A DNA stretch of 62,877 bases, counting the filler, from Piptocephalis cylindrospora (Eukaryota), in the NCBI GenBank assembly GCA_003614145.1. It is 21 parts of 21 records of this genome, joined end to end, with 100 filler letters (N's around TTAATTAATTAA, not from the genome) between each part and the next. Parts side by side here need not be neighbours in the genome. Positions count along the whole stretch, not along the records: positions 33,140 to 36,058 come from KZ988808.1; positions 36,159 to 39,074 come from KZ988809.1; positions 39,175 to 42,086 come from KZ988810.1; positions 42,187 to 45,096 come from KZ988811.1; positions 45,197 to 48,105 come from KZ988812.1; 16 more parts are not named here. One strand, 5' to 3'. The notes beneath the pieces are model-generated. The model saw only the letters and a list, made by a program, of their open reading frames with translations. It ran no database searches and was not told the DNA's origin. The stretch's first letter is position 1. The number at the start of each line of letters is the position of its first letter. Shown here in pieces: positions 34,872-48,205 of the stretch. Made by a program: the position numbers and the translations under genes.

Positions 34872-37800
34872 AGTGCTGAGAACGGAATAAGAGAGGTGAT
34901 AGCGTAATTGCAGAGGCTTTTCAGGAAGATGGATTTGGTAAGGTAATGGTGGGATAGAATGAGGCTGTTCGTGTCAGTGAAGTAGAGTGATGGTAGGAAA
35001 CAAAGTGATTCAAGACGATGGGTAGGGGTAAAGAAGCGTTAGGAAATCAATGTGCTAAAGAGGATAGGATAAAGTAAAGAAAGAGGAGGATTGGGCTTTG
35101 GAGGGGTGTTGACGTGAAGTGGACAAGGGTGGAGATGTGAAAGAAGGGAGGAGGAGAGAAGGGATGTGGGAGTAAAGAGCTCATGTAGACCCAAGGCGCT
35201 ACATAAAGGCACGAACGGTCAGATGGGGAGGCGCTGGTTCGTCACTGCTTCGTCTGCCAAGTCGCGTGCAATAGGTCCATGTTCAATGGTTCAATTTCGT
35301 TAGATCTCCATCTCAACTTGCCTTCCCATATGGCCTGTTATACAGATAAGCCCACTCCCACTGTAAAGCCCCTTTCGCCTCCTTGAGCCCCCTCTGTGGC
35401 TGGATAGAGAGCCTTCTGGCTACAGTAGTAGCTGCATTAAAGAGGGTGAGGGTCAAAGGAGTGCCAGGCCCTCCCACACTGGCTTCGGTCTAATGATCCA
35501 TTGATTCGTGACATCTCCGCCCAACTCCGATTCTTTTCCCATTCTTTTCCGGTAGGATAATAATAGCAGTGGCGAGGGAGCTTGGTTGGCAGTAACTTCC
35601 GCCAGAGGATAAAGAGAGCATGGGCAGCATTATAGTTGTAAGGCAACATCATCATTATGCCAAGGAGGTTAGCATGTAATGCTGATTGGGGTCCAAGGAA
35701 TAGAGGAAAAGTTGTAGTCTATGAGATCACACACATGTCAAATGATAGGCGCGATGCAGAGGGCATCAGTCAAGCCGATCTGTGAGTCAGACCCGTCCCT
35801 CGGAGATACGAACCCACCTATCGTAAGAATGTACAATCATCATGTTAGCTGAGTGTAGGGCTGGCCTTTTTTTGGCTGAAGTGAAGTCCTGCCGATCTAG
35901 ACTTGGCCCTATTGTCCGTCCCCTTTTTCTCCATTTTTCTATCTCATCTCCGTCAGAATAAGACGGACAGGCTCCGACACGAAGGGAAGAATACGCCCTC
36001 TTGCCCGTCTATTCTTCTTCCTTCCCTTTTCACCTGATTTAGCTTTAGTCTATCTAGTNNNNNNNNNNNNNNNNNNNNNNNNNNNNNNNNNNNNNNNNNN
36101 NNTTAATTAATTAANNNNNNNNNNNNNNNNNNNNNNNNNNNNNNNNNNNNNNNNNNNNGGATGGGAAGGGTGCCAGAGGAGAAGCGATGGAGCTCAAAGG
36201 CCCTTTCTCTGCTCACACTCCCTTTCTCTGCTCGCATTTCCTCTGCTCATATTCCCTCCTCTTCCTCGAACCGACGTGCAGGACAATGGAGATGCAAGAG
36301 AGCTTTCTCCCAAAGTTGTTCTATACCTCTGGGCCAAGCAAGGGCAAGGAGGAGCCATTTCCGGTGGGGAGTGCACTGGTGAGGAGGCCGGGAAAGTCGT
36401 GTGAGGGCAGTGATCTCCCGATCGGACTTTTGTGGGGCGATGCATCCAGTCTCCATCATGAGAGCGCCCGGAGAGGAGGGAGTGGGACTCGAGGAAGAGG
36501 ACGAAGGTGGTTGTGGACAGGAAGGTCCCAGAAACGCTCGTAGAGACGGTGTCTTTGAGAGAATCAATTGACCATCCATTCGCTTTCTATCCATCGTGCT
36601 GACTCGGTCAATGACAGGCGCGTCAAGTGGGGTGTATAGGAAAGCAAATGGAAGGCTGAGTGGGTGATGATGTAGGAAATGTAGTGCAAGGTGAGAGAGA
36701 GAGGAAGATACGTCGATGGTTCACAGCCTACGCCTTCGAGGAGGAGAATGGGGACCATGTATTTGCAAGTGACTATTTTACATTCATGCATAAATAATTG
36801 TGATGGAAATGATAATGCGGTATGAACGGAAGAAACGATTATTTTATAGCAACGGGGGACCATGATGGATACTGAAGTGGTTCCGGTTATGTAATGTCGC
36901 ATAGTACGAGTTTATCTTTCAGCATGGACAATTTTTAAGGGGTTGTCCATTTTTTATTTCTTATCTTTTGATCATGGTGAGTAGAGAAATGATAATGCGT
37001 TGAAGAATAGCTAGTAGTATCACCCTTCTCAAACCATAGTTTTGCATTACTGAGTAGTTTTATATTATCATTTACCTTTTGTGATTAGTCTGGTCGATTT
37101 CCCATATTATATATGTAGTAGTACTCGTAATCGTAAATATCCATGTTATATATGCTGTGATTGTCTGGAAGGCAGAACCGGAATAATAGTAAATATTTCA
37201 TTGTATGGTTGTCCATGCATGTAATGGCCCTATGACGTTGATATTGGGTTATCTTATCGATCATACTAGGTCCAATAGTCGATAGGGTATGGCTTAAAGG
37301 AAAGATGGTCTTGGGCGTAAGAAAAGGAAATAGAGAGATTATAAAAATCAGGAATCGTGACACTAGGGGCTGAGCCCTATCTGCTTGCCTCATCGGCTGG
37401 CAGTTCACCAACTACATCTGTGCCTTCGAGGATGGGGCTATAGAGTTCATTTGGTCAGGCCTTTGCATACCCTTTCTTTACAGCTTGTTTCACTAGAATA
37501 TGTGTGTTTCATGCTCGGCTTTTTAATAAAAATTTCTGGTACTTCTTTGGATATCTAGAGAGGAAAGAGATAAAGGGGAGCAAAATTAATCTGCAAATCC
37601 CTTGAGAACTGTCGACAGTGTCATGATGATAAGTGGAGCTGTTATGAATCCATAGAGCCTCTGCAAAACAAGACACTGGTTAATCAACTGTCCATCTCAC
37701 ATCAATTTTGACCCTATGACATTTCTGATCAGAGATGAGGACTGGGCTTAAGCAGAGACATTGAAGCTTGCAGTTAAGACTGAAATAGGGATAAATAGGG

Positions 37801-37949
37801 TGGGATTACATCCGCCTCTCCCCCTACTCTTCAATACTTCCCCAGTACCCCTCCGCTCCACCTTTTCTTTTTAACCTTTTAGTCCAACAACGTTGGAATT
37901 TACTGTCTCCTCTACTCTCCGCCTGGCCCTCTCATCTCCCTTCGCCACC

Positions 37950-38470
37950 GTGAAGCTGTCTATCTTCTTTATGAGCCTTCTTTTGACTCTTCCCATACAC
38001 CTCTATGCTTTTTCTCACGGCTGAGTTGCTGTTATAGTTTCCTCTTACCAATACATTGTCGCCTTGGTGAACAAGGAAAATTCTTCTGAGAAGGGTTTTA
38101 TCTATGCAATGAGGCTCGTTGGAGGTCTAAAGAATTTTCGGGGCACCAGCGCAACATACTATTTGATTCATCATTTAGATGGCCTTGTTAATACGCGGTG
38201 TGGAGGAAGTTACTGGATAATCCCCAACTAGAACAGCGAGAAATCGCTCTTTATTGACGATGCGAGCGAAATTGCTTCCTCTCGCTTCTTCTTTAATCTC
38301 ATGTAAAAGTATATCCATAGCAAGGATCGCAGGTAATATATTCTTCAGGGAGTCAATGCCACTGTGAAAAGCAGTCGTCAAGATTCTGCTATGGTCGACA
38401 GAGATGATCTCGTGGATAGGCCTACTGAATAGTTTACCGCTTTTAGGGAAATACTAACCCTCTTGACAAG
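37950..38470 (+). pseudogene. Possible decayed secreted-protein gene
   Basis: gccaccGTG opens (V)KLSIFFMSLLLTLPIHLYA|FSHG*, a signal-peptide-like stretch after a CT-rich leader. The same frame continues protein-like but with several stops. End coordinate approximate. Confidence 0.3.
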
Positions 38471-39779
38471 CCGCTTGAGTCTGCTGCGTCCGAATGATCA
38501 AGAGATCCACCAGTACTCTAGGTTGGCTTAATCCTCTCCTCTCCTTTGCTGCCCGTGGCGTGTCGCTCTGTTTCTCCCCCGGTGGGGGCAATAAAGTCAT
38601 TTCCTCGAAAGTATCTTATTTTTCCTTAGTGTAAAACTATCTTATTGCCTTGGTGAAAGCGATTAGGTTCTCTTTTTTTTCGTTGTAATAATGCTCATAT
38701 AATACTTTTTTATTCAAGTCTATTGGTCACTTCAAACACTATGATGGCGCATATCGGTATCCGATCTCGGGTTGTAATTGTATGGTGATAACGCGGCTAT
38801 CAAGTGCGCACCATGTTGGAATGTAGGATTGACATAGGTGCACCCCTTCCCCCTATTGTGAAGACCTTTAGGGGAAAGGGAGGATTGTAATTTTCCTAAC
38901 ACATTTCGCTATTTACTACTACCACCCTTTCCCTCTATTGAGTTCTCTCCTTGTTTCTCCACCTGTTTATTCCTTGATCCTATCCTTTGATTTCGCGAAT
39001 AGAAGATCGTTCATCTCTCATCTCTCGTGACTACTCATGTGTGCCCTCGCAGCGCACACACACACATCTCCTATNNNNNNNNNNNNNNNNNNNNNNNNNN
39101 NNNNNNNNNNNNNNNNNNTTAATTAATTAANNNNNNNNNNNNNNNNNNNNNNNNNNNNNNNNNNNNNNNNNNNNTGAACCTCGTGGGGAGCCTGGACTGA
39201 TCTGGCCTGGTCCAAGGAAGCGCAAGTGGCGTTGAGAAGGTGGCCTGCTTGGATCATGATGATTTGAAGCGAGAATGGGAACTGGAGGGGGGGCTGTTGT
39301 GGGACTTGTCTGATAATGCCCCTACAAATAGACCAAATGCTATATTGAGAACATCAAATGGAACCCTAGGTTCAAATTCCACCGCGGTCTGAATTTTTAC
39401 TTTTCCCTGTTGTGCCAAATCAAATACGAGAACCTCAATGGCACCACCCTAAATTGCATCATTTCACGCTTCCTTCCAAATTCCTTTTGGGCCCCATCTT
39501 TCACTACATCCAATTTAGTACTGATCTCTCTCAAAACTACCCTAATAGCAACAGAGCCTGGCAATTTCCACCGATGAGTATCTTTCTATACCATTGTGTT
39601 AAACATGGAGTGTTTGGAAAGGTGAGGGTTCTTTTGGAGTGCTTTATTCTCTTGGAATGTCTCCAAGGTAATAGCACCTTGACTCCAAAAAGGAAGTTTT
39701 ATCGCTCTGCATGTACCCTTTCTCACACTTTGCTGCTGCCAATGGATCCCATGGAGAATGTTTCAAAGCAATTGAATGG

Positions 39780-41099
39780 CTAGTTCTTCCCCTCCGTCCT
39801 TCCTTGCCTATTAGAGGAGGATTCAGCCCGTTGGATGGCCCCATCCAGTTGGTCCTTCTTGGCTAGCTGTTCCACCAGGACTTGGATGAACTCAATGTAA
39901 TTGTGGGTCCTTTGAGCATTTAATTTCTACGGAGGATGGAAGGGTAAGAGCTGTTGTATGAACTAAGCAAGAAAGCGAGAGAACTCACCCTGTACCGAGT
40001 CTCCATTGAGGCTTCTTCAGCCATGGCCTGCTCCACACTGGAGATCTGGATCTGACATGAGGAGATGGCTTCTTCATCCCCTTCACACTTCCTCATCCGC
40101 TCCTCCAGTTCAACCTTCCTCTCCCGAAGGGTAGCAAGGCGAGATTTCGTGACGGCCATGAGGTTGAAACGGATTTCCGAGGAAGGGAAGGCCTGCATCC
40201 TCTTTTGGATCACCTCCCTTGCCTTTCCCAGCCAATCTTCATCTGAGCAAGCACCTGATGATTGGAAGGGATGGGATGGGATGAGAGTCAAGATCGTTCT
40301 CTCAACCCTCCGGGGCCACTTACCATGGTGGATGGGCCCTTGTGCTAGCCCATCCAGTTCGTACAAGGCCCCGTGAATGGGGACAAAGCTGACAAAGTGA
40401 AAGGGATCTTCCTTGTCCTCGTCCTTCTGTGGGAAGAGACCGTCATTGACAAAAGGATCGGAGCGGGAGAAGCGATTGTGGACTGAGCGAATGAGATCAC
40501 TGTTGGAGAGGGCTAGACCACGCATGTCCTTGGGGAAGGAGGAAACATCCTGGTAAAACTCTTCCAGGCCCGAGCCAAGAGCTAGGCCACCCTGTTGGTT
40601 GAAAAGGATGGATAGGATAGCCTGGGTGGCACATGCGTTTTGGATGACCTATTCACGAGGTAGAGAGGGGGGAAGGATGAGTATGGGATGGGCAAAGGAT
40701 GGATATGGAATGACGACCAAAGGGCTGACCTGTTGGGCAAAAAAGATGCCATGGTCATCTCCTGCCTCGGTGCCTTGAGAAGAGGATAGCCCCGTAGGAG
40801 GCGAAGAGGAAGCTTCCCATTTAAAGAGAAAAATTAATCCATACACAGGTTTCCTATGATGGGGGAACAGGTTTACTCTGGCTTGAATAGGCTCGTGTCT
40901 CAAGGTCATGCTTACGGAAGGTTTGACAGGGAGGGATCAGACAAGTCCCACAGCTCCTCCACCTGGACATCCTTGGCGCCGAGGTCCCAGATCAGCTGGG
41001 TGAAGAGTGCTGGAGAAGGATGAGGGATGTCTTGTGCACACCCGAAGATCCAGGGCCCAACCTACCAGGATCGCTTTCGATAGGTCCCCAATCAGCCAT
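39780..41099 (-). CDS. UCH37: Ubiquitin C-terminal hydrolase UCH37/UCHL5, multi-exon
   Basis: MADWGPIESDP start, VYGLIFLFKW, FFAQQ|VIQNACATQA (Cys), FHFV (His), LYELDGL (Asp), EIRFNLMA and C-terminal R.HNY coiled-coil tail. Confidence 0.94.
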
Positions 41100-42186
41100 G
41101 GTTTCTGAAATGAAGAGGAGTAGGACAAGAGGAGGGGATAGGAGAAAGGGAGAAAAACAGGAGGGGCTGAGTCAAAAGGAGATCCACCACGGCCCGCCTT
41201 GTTTATCCTCCCCGCCGGTCGGAGAACGAGGACGTGTCCCTTTCCTGGGTTCTGATGACTATCAGATGCACTCTTCAATCTACCCTGACCACGCAGGATG
41301 GATCCACGCAGAATGCCTTGTACATACTATTCCATAATGTCTTGAGCTTCCAAAGGTCAATTGAAGGGCAATTCAATGCAAATAAGCATATACATCTCTT
41401 ATGCACACCATGACACTTCCTTTTAGGGAATGCATCCGATTTCATAGTGCTCTATCTATGCAACCACCTTGTCTTTCCATCTCCTTCCCCTAGAGATGAT
41501 GCAGTTGGGATTGTTTGGTTTTAACGCTACATTCGGGTATATCTCCAATGGTGGATATGGTCTATTTTTGAGGCCCTGTGCTACTTTCTGTGTTGATGAA
41601 GCCAATGTTCTCATCATGGCCTCTCTACCCTCATCTCAGTTGAGTATGATTCTACTCCACAGCCTTTGAGTTGGGGAAGCAGCTTGAGAATCACGCCGGG
41701 ACAAATCGAATTGAAGTACTGACGCACCGTGGGAAATGTCGGGTCAGTCCTCTCCCTCTCCCATCCCTTGTCCCTGCTCCGTCTCATACTCTAGCTAGGT
41801 CCTGGCTGCGGGGATTGGACCTTGCCTTTTTTTTCACCTCGGAGAGGACCGACTCATGGCCTTGCCTCCTCCCATTTTCCCAGCCCCTTTCCCCACTAGA
41901 GTGCAAATATCATCACCACCGCTCCATTCCCCAGACCCCGGAGGGCCAGTGTGGGGATGGTCGCGCGCCCCCCTTGCTAGCCCAGGTATGGAAAGGACCC
42001 TCTACCTTATGGAGTAAGGGGATGGGGGGGGGGGGGGGGGGGGGGGGCGGGGCTGATGAGAAAAGTGGAGCAAATCCTGGGATCCTNNNNNNNNNNNNNN
42101 NNNNNNNNNNNNNNNNNNNNNNNNNNNNNNTTAATTAATTAANNNNNNNNNNNNNNNNNNNNNNNNNNNNNNNNNNNNNNNNNNNN

Positions 42187-43384
42187 GATGACGGAGTTCA
42201 AGGAGACACAGTAACCGGATCCTTGAACTCACACTCCAGTGAAATTGTGGAGACCTCAGAGAGTCTCATTGAGAAGGGGGATGCTTCCGCCGCACGCTCC
42301 ACTGCCACCCCTCAGGATCCAGCCGTCATACAATACCTTCTGCGTGAGTGGAAATCCTCTGATATTGGCAAGTCACTTGATACTCTGGCCAGGTCAGGCC
42401 CCGAATCGGGTAAAGTTGGATATAGCAAGGAACAAAGAAAGTACCATTCCACATTCCTTACCCAGATCCCTGTTCTTACCAAACGTGCATGGAGCAATGC
42501 CTGGAGGAACGAGATGGTCGTTAAAGTCAAGTTCTTCGAGATTATCTTCATTGGGTTCTTCATCGACTCCATCTTTTGGAAAATCCCCGAGAAAGGTCTG
42601 GATTCACAAATCCAGGTGAGTTTTCCCATTATCCTACGGCCTATCCTTTTTTTCCTTTACCATGTCATTTTATCTGACCCCTCACATCTCCGCCTCTTGG
42701 TAGAATCGATCCGGTGTCCTCTTCTTCCTCATTGTCAATCAAGTTTTTACCTATTCGATGGGTAACCTAATGACCTTCTATCAAGAGCGACTGGTATTTG
42801 AGCGCGAGTACAGTTCGGGGATGTACTCCCTCCCCTCCTACTTCATCTCCAAGGCCATCGTCGAGGTTCCTTTCTCCATTATCCTTCCTCTCCTCATGGT
42901 CGTCGTGACATACTTTGCCATTGGCCTCCAGGTTGCGGCGGACAAGTTCTTCCTCTGTGCCATCACCGTCATCCTGCAGGCCATCTGTGGTGCTGCTCTT
43001 GGCCTGTTTGCATCCTGCACTTTTAAGGATATCAATGTCGCCCATGCCTTTGTCCCTATGTTCCTCCTTCCCCTCATGATTTTCTCTGGGCTCTTCGTTA
43101 ATCTGAGCCAGGTGCAAGCGTGGATCCGATGGGTCCAATGGATCTCCCCCATGAAGTACGGATACGTTGCCCTGATCAAGAATGAGTTCACCGGTCTAGA
43201 TATTGGGGGGGTCCCTGGAGAGCAGCTCTTTGGGCAGCTAGGGCTGGAGGGACAAGGCTCCGTCGCGGTCAACATCATCGCCTGTTTGGGCTACTGCATT
43301 CTCCTGTGGATCGCTGCCTACATGGGTCTATGGAAACTGGTGGCTTCGTCGAGGCAGTCCATCAAGTCCCGGAAACAAGCATAG
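42187..43384 (+). CDS. ABCG (White-type) half transporter, C-terminal membrane domain, 5' partial
   Basis: FLTQIPVLTKRAW, intron near 42616-42702, FYQERLVFEREYSSGMYSLPSYF, PLMIFSGLF and WVQWISPMKYG...NEF. Confidence 0.92.
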
Positions 43385-46061
43385 ATGGTTGAGGATGTCA
43401 TTATTTGTTATTTGGATTTGGTGACGTATTATGCAGGTCATATACAGAGAATTTATTAGGTGTGATTACTCGGGAAATTAAAAGGGGAGCTCGCGGGTAT
43501 TTTAATAAAAGATAGTAAGCAATCGGTATCTGCAACATCCTCCTCCATTACCGCCACATCGCCGCATGTATAAACCAAGCTCCCGATAACAGGCGGTATA
43601 TTCAGTATATTATTAGGGATCTAATTATCAGGAAGATGTAAACGGGCAAGAGAGTGGATTCAGGCGTATAAAGTAGCTTAATCTTCAAACATGTTGGGAA
43701 TGTTCGTCTAAAGTCCAGTCATATATTCGGTAATCGACTTGACGCAGATATTGATCATGATTTGGGTATCGTGACTACTAGACACATGCGTCTCAAGATG
43801 ATGATACGAGTAAGAGCAAAGGGACAGAGGCATAGCATGGTAGAGCGTGAGAGGATCATTAATGGGGAGAAGGCGTGGGTCGTCAAATAAGAGGGGAGAG
43901 GATGTGAATGTAGTGCAGATGAAGCGAAGGTTGAAGTAGCGCTCAGGACGTGATCCAAGTTTGACTGTGGTTCTTTATGCAGACTCCATCAAAACTTCCA
44001 GATATGATGCCCATTAGAAGGACGACAATATGCTGTGCTTTGGCATTAATCGACCTACATTATCCCTTCATACTAAATCCTCTAGATGTTACATGGACAG
44101 TGTAAAGCTGATATTTTCCCGTGTTAAGCATTGTGTGGGAGGGAGGAGGGAGCCAGCGCATTTATATCCCATTACACCTGGTAGCTGTGAGGCATAATCA
44201 AGGCAATAGAGGGGACCAAGCCATAGCTATTCGACATTCACCCCTCTTTCTTTTGCTTTTTACCCCATTTCTCCGTCACCATCTGTCTGGCCAGGGGCAC
44301 CCTACATTATGACAGTCAAGGTTGGTTTTACTTAGGCAAATCTGACACTGAGTATATACAGTGAATGACGAGTCCTAGAGGATGGATCCTAGCTTGACAC
44401 TGATCTCTTTCTCTAGCCCACGGCCATGACTGGTCGTACCAAACAAGGGCGAGAGACCAATGATGGCCAAACACGCTGTAATGAATGTTTGAACTCCTGG
44501 CTGAACCTCTGGAGGAGATGGGAGAAAGAGGGGCTGGATAGGATGATAACTCATTGGATGAGGGAACGGGTGAACGAGGTAGGTGATGACTAACCCCATA
44601 TCTTCTGGGGAGACTCATTTACCTTTGATCCTACTTTTGCCCTTCCCGGGGAATCCATCTTCCAACGGGTGCGGGCACATACCCCTAATGAGCATGGGCT
44701 TTTTGGTTTGAAGGATGCTTGTTTTGAGGTAGTGGTTACCGGCGTCACGGATACCCTCCCCATAACCATCTAGATCGCCATCCTGCCCTTGTCTCCTTTA
44801 GGAGATTCGCCTTACCTGTACACCATTCTACTACACGGTGATCTTATTTGATCCGCCCCTCTCTCTCTTTAAGACCACTTGTGAATACAATCTAATAACC
44901 TCTGGTATCTTTGTCCTTTGTCAGCTGAGGCACCAGACCTCATACTAGGCTACTAGGCTACATTCATCTCTGCTAGGTTAAAACAATACACACAGATCCA
45001 GACACACATTAGATAATTATCCTAGACAAGATGCATTTCATACGACCCACATAGAGCATACATGCACGGAAACGCCGATAACTAGCTCAGTACCCTNNNN
45101 NNNNNNNNNNNNNNNNNNNNNNNNNNNNNNNNNNNNNNNNTTAATTAATTAANNNNNNNNNNNNNNNNNNNNNNNNNNNNNNNNNNNNNNNNNNNNCTTG
45201 CAGAATGCTGAGGAGGAAACTCGACTGAAGCAGCAGGCGAAAAGGGAAGAAGAAAAAAACGTTAAGTTCGAAAGTGTTTGCGTGTGAGGGAAAGAGAGAA
45301 GCTTGAGTAGAGAGAGGAGGGAGGGAAAGTCGTTCAGGGATGGCTGGATGAAAAGGAGTGAGGAGGGGATGGAGAGAAGAAAAGGGATAGGATATCAGGG
45401 CGAGCGAGCAGCATCAAGTCTGCATCCTAAAGCCACTACTTATTTCCTGCAATGCAGCATCGGAGGCGGCTCAGCTTTAAACTCCGATATGAAGATTGAG
45501 TGTCGGAGGTCCAATCCGAGAAGAGCGAAAGTGGATCAAATTCAATTTTTTGGGTAATTTATTCAGTTGATTTTCGTCTGGCCCATAGCATGGTCATCTC
45601 GGCTGCACTAGCCTTGAAGAGGGAAGGATAATTAGTTCAATGCATAGGTTTAATAATAATAATCCAATCCCATAATGCTACTCTCTCTCTCTCTCCTCAT
45701 CCAACTCATCGTCCATAGATAGGGCCTTTCAGGTCAAGGTATCTATGGCATGGCTATCGGGAATACCAGTTCATTTTGTCCTAATTCTTTCATGTTCTTA
45801 ACCAAGCCATTCTTGATGCGTCTCTAAGCATCATCAATCATCTTCATTGTCGAAATCATCAATGCAGACCACTGACATCTTACTCGCCATTTTTCACATA
45901 CCGACCATCCCCTTAAAGCCTATGGTATGTGTATGGGAATGCTCCTCCTTTCCTAGTCTCCGCTAGCTCATCCATATCTCCCTACACTCAATCATTCTCC
46001 CCACACCCACAGATAAGCTCTTCCTTTCACTCCTCTCATCCCCCCTCCTTTCTCTCGCACC

Positions 46062-46676
46062 ATGTCCTCAACCGCCTTTTACATCTCCAAGCCTGCCAGC
46101 AAGGACATTTCCACTGGAGGCTCCAGTCTTGCGTGTGCTGATCATAAGCGGGAAAAGTGCAAGGAGTGCGACCTGGACCTTCGCTTCCACAATGCTGTTG
46201 CTGGCGCCTTCTCCAAGTCCGAGGACCTCCCCGGTCCCGATCCCGTCCTGTCCGCCAAGGTTGCTGCCCTCAAGGACCAAGGAAACAAGGCCTTCCGGGA
46301 AAAGAAGAATCAGGAGGCTGTCGACGCCTACTCCCGTGCCCTTGAACTGGCCTACACCCGTCCCGTTTGGGAACCTGCCGGCCTTCTCTCTGAGGAAACC
46401 AGTACTCTTCTCTCCAATCGGGCCGCTGCCTACTGTGACCTTGAGATGTGGGAGGCCGCCGAGGTGGATGCCCGGATCTGTGTCCAGGTCCGGAGAAACT
46501 GGCCTAAGGGCTGGTTCCGTCTGGGGAAGGCCATGCTCGGGCTCAACCGGCTTCGTGAGGCCTTGGAAGCCTATGAAACCGCTGCCACCTACGATCCTAA
46601 AAGTGCAGATATCCGTAATGCGCTTCAATCTACCCGTCAATTGATGATGGCCAGTGCCGCTCCTCCCGCTCCTTAG
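46062..46676 (+). CDS. SEC72: Sec72-like TPR protein (translocon-associated)
   Basis: N-terminal CxxH-x4-CxxC, then LKDQGNKAF...Y..AL....RPVWEP...E...LLSNR..A and WPKGWFR.GKA, the fungal Sec72 pattern. Confidence 0.75.
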   Translation: MSSTAFYISKPASKDISTGGSSLACADHKREKCKECDLDLRFHNAVAGAFSKSEDLPGPDPVLSAKVAALKDQGNKAFREKKNQEAVDAYSRALELAYTRPVWEPAGLLSEETSTLLSNRAAAYCDLEMWEAAEVDARICVQVRRNWPKGWFRLGKAMLGLNRLREALEAYETAATYDPKSADIRNALQSTRQLMMASAAPPAP

Positions 46677-46976
46677 GGAAGGTCCGTGTAGTTGGGGGAT
46701 ATCCCATGTCCGTTCCTGGATATGAATTTTATGTTTCTGCAGGCTCTAGGCTTTTGGAGAGAGAGAGAGAGAGAGAGAGGGAACGTGAATAATTGCTTGG
46801 TCCTTGAGCTTTGGGGTTTAAAAAGCCCACTTGGTTGGCTGGTCGCCGATCGTTAAGGATATTCAAAGCACGAGCTGTATGGAAATTCAAACATTCTGCA
46901 TTCAAAGACACGCTCCGTCATAACATATCACGTCGCAGGGACCATATAATCACAAGAACCATCCTTTCTTGCCTCC

Positions 46977-48105
46977 TCACTGCCATGCTCGTTGAGCTTC
47001 CTGAGCAAGGTGAGCCCGGTAGGAGGCCGTCATAGCGACCAGAATATCTCGGGTCTGCCGCACAGCCCGATAGACTAGGGTGTCGGACCCTTCGCGTAAG
47101 GCGGCGGATAAGGACCAGGTCCGCATGTACTTTTCCTCATCCACCAATGTGACTACCCGGCCTTGGTCACTGAGAATAAGCTTGTAGTGGAGATGAAAAT
47201 TGAATTGGAGCACACGGTTCGACAGTCGAAACACCGCCGCATCTCGTACACGGAAGAAGGAGCTGATAAAGTCCATCTTTTCCGTGCGATTTACATCAGA
47301 AAAAGCAATTGATCGATCCAAGAGTAGATTGTCCCCCATGAACCGGGTAAAGTAGGCCAGGATCGCCATCTTTTTTCCCAACTCACCCGGGCAATGGTCC
47401 GTTGTATGGGTTGATCGCTTCAGCAAATTAGATCCATTTTCCCTAGAGGACTTTAAGTATTCCAGGTGACGGAGATCAGCACTACGTGCCAGTATGGTAC
47501 CGTCTTTGAACAGTCCTCCGGCAGACCCATCTGTCAGCTCAAAACCAAGACCATACTTTTTGGATAGATCCATCCACTTGGCCACAAAAACGGCGGGGGC
47601 CTCGACCGGCCGCTTCGTTGGGGAAAATGTATGCCCAAGAGCCCTTCCCTCCCTGATCCGTGTAAATGCCGATTCCAGCATAACCGCGGTTGATTCAAAA
47701 ACCTCTAGGCTATCAGGGCCTATGGGTTATAAATAGATGAGTGAGCATCTCGTCTGCCCATTTTCCTTATGCCAGCTTACCTGCAAGAGTCTGAGCTCCA
47801 TAGTCAGAGGGAGGGACACGACCTTGGATTATCCTTGAATCTCTTTCCGAAAGAGTCATGGGAATCCTTGGTGGGGTAGCGCCGCTCTCATTATTTATCT
47901 CGGTCGATACGATAATCTTTTTCAGGATTTCTGGAGCCCTCCGAGGCTCGAGTTCAGTCTCCAGTCTTCCCTTATCCTTGGTCTCTCCGGAGCCCTTCCC
48001 GCCAGATTCACTTGGATCATACAAAGGAAATCCTGGATCCGTATGAAGAGCGCTCACAGGCATCTTTTCTGGATGATAGCCCTGAGTGAAAAAAGAATGC
48101 TGAAT
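46977..48105 (-). CDS. Polo-like kinase (Cdc5/Plo1 family), linker and polo-box domain, 5' partial
   Basis: PB1 FVAKWMDLSKKYGLGFELTDGS.G.LFKDGT; PB2 VFRLSNRVLQFNF..HYKLILS with the His/Lys phospho-pincer retained. Confidence 0.9.
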
Positions 48106-48205
48106 NNNNNNNNNNNNNNNNNNNNNNNNNNNNNNNNNNNNNNNNNNNNTTAATTAATTAANNNNNNNNNNNNNNNNNNNNNNNNNNNNNNNNNNNNNNN
48201 NNNNN

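Noticed and set aside
36159..36543. Possible terminal exon(s) of a gene (TMEMQESFLPKLFYTSGP...)
   Set aside because: Splice-like signals exist, but I could not recognise a family or fix a model.
36923..36950. Short inverted repeat ATGGACAA...TTGTCCAT followed by Ts, resembling a rho-independent terminator
   Set aside because: The context is eukaryotic, and an 8-bp stem in AT-rich DNA is expected by chance.
44328..44820. Possible small spliced minus-strand gene
   Set aside because: Several alternative frames, no recognisable motif and no clear start.
46068..46644. Overlapping 170-190 aa ORFs on both strands over the SEC72-like gene
   Set aside because: Alternative-frame shadows in GC-rich coding sequence, with no domain signal.
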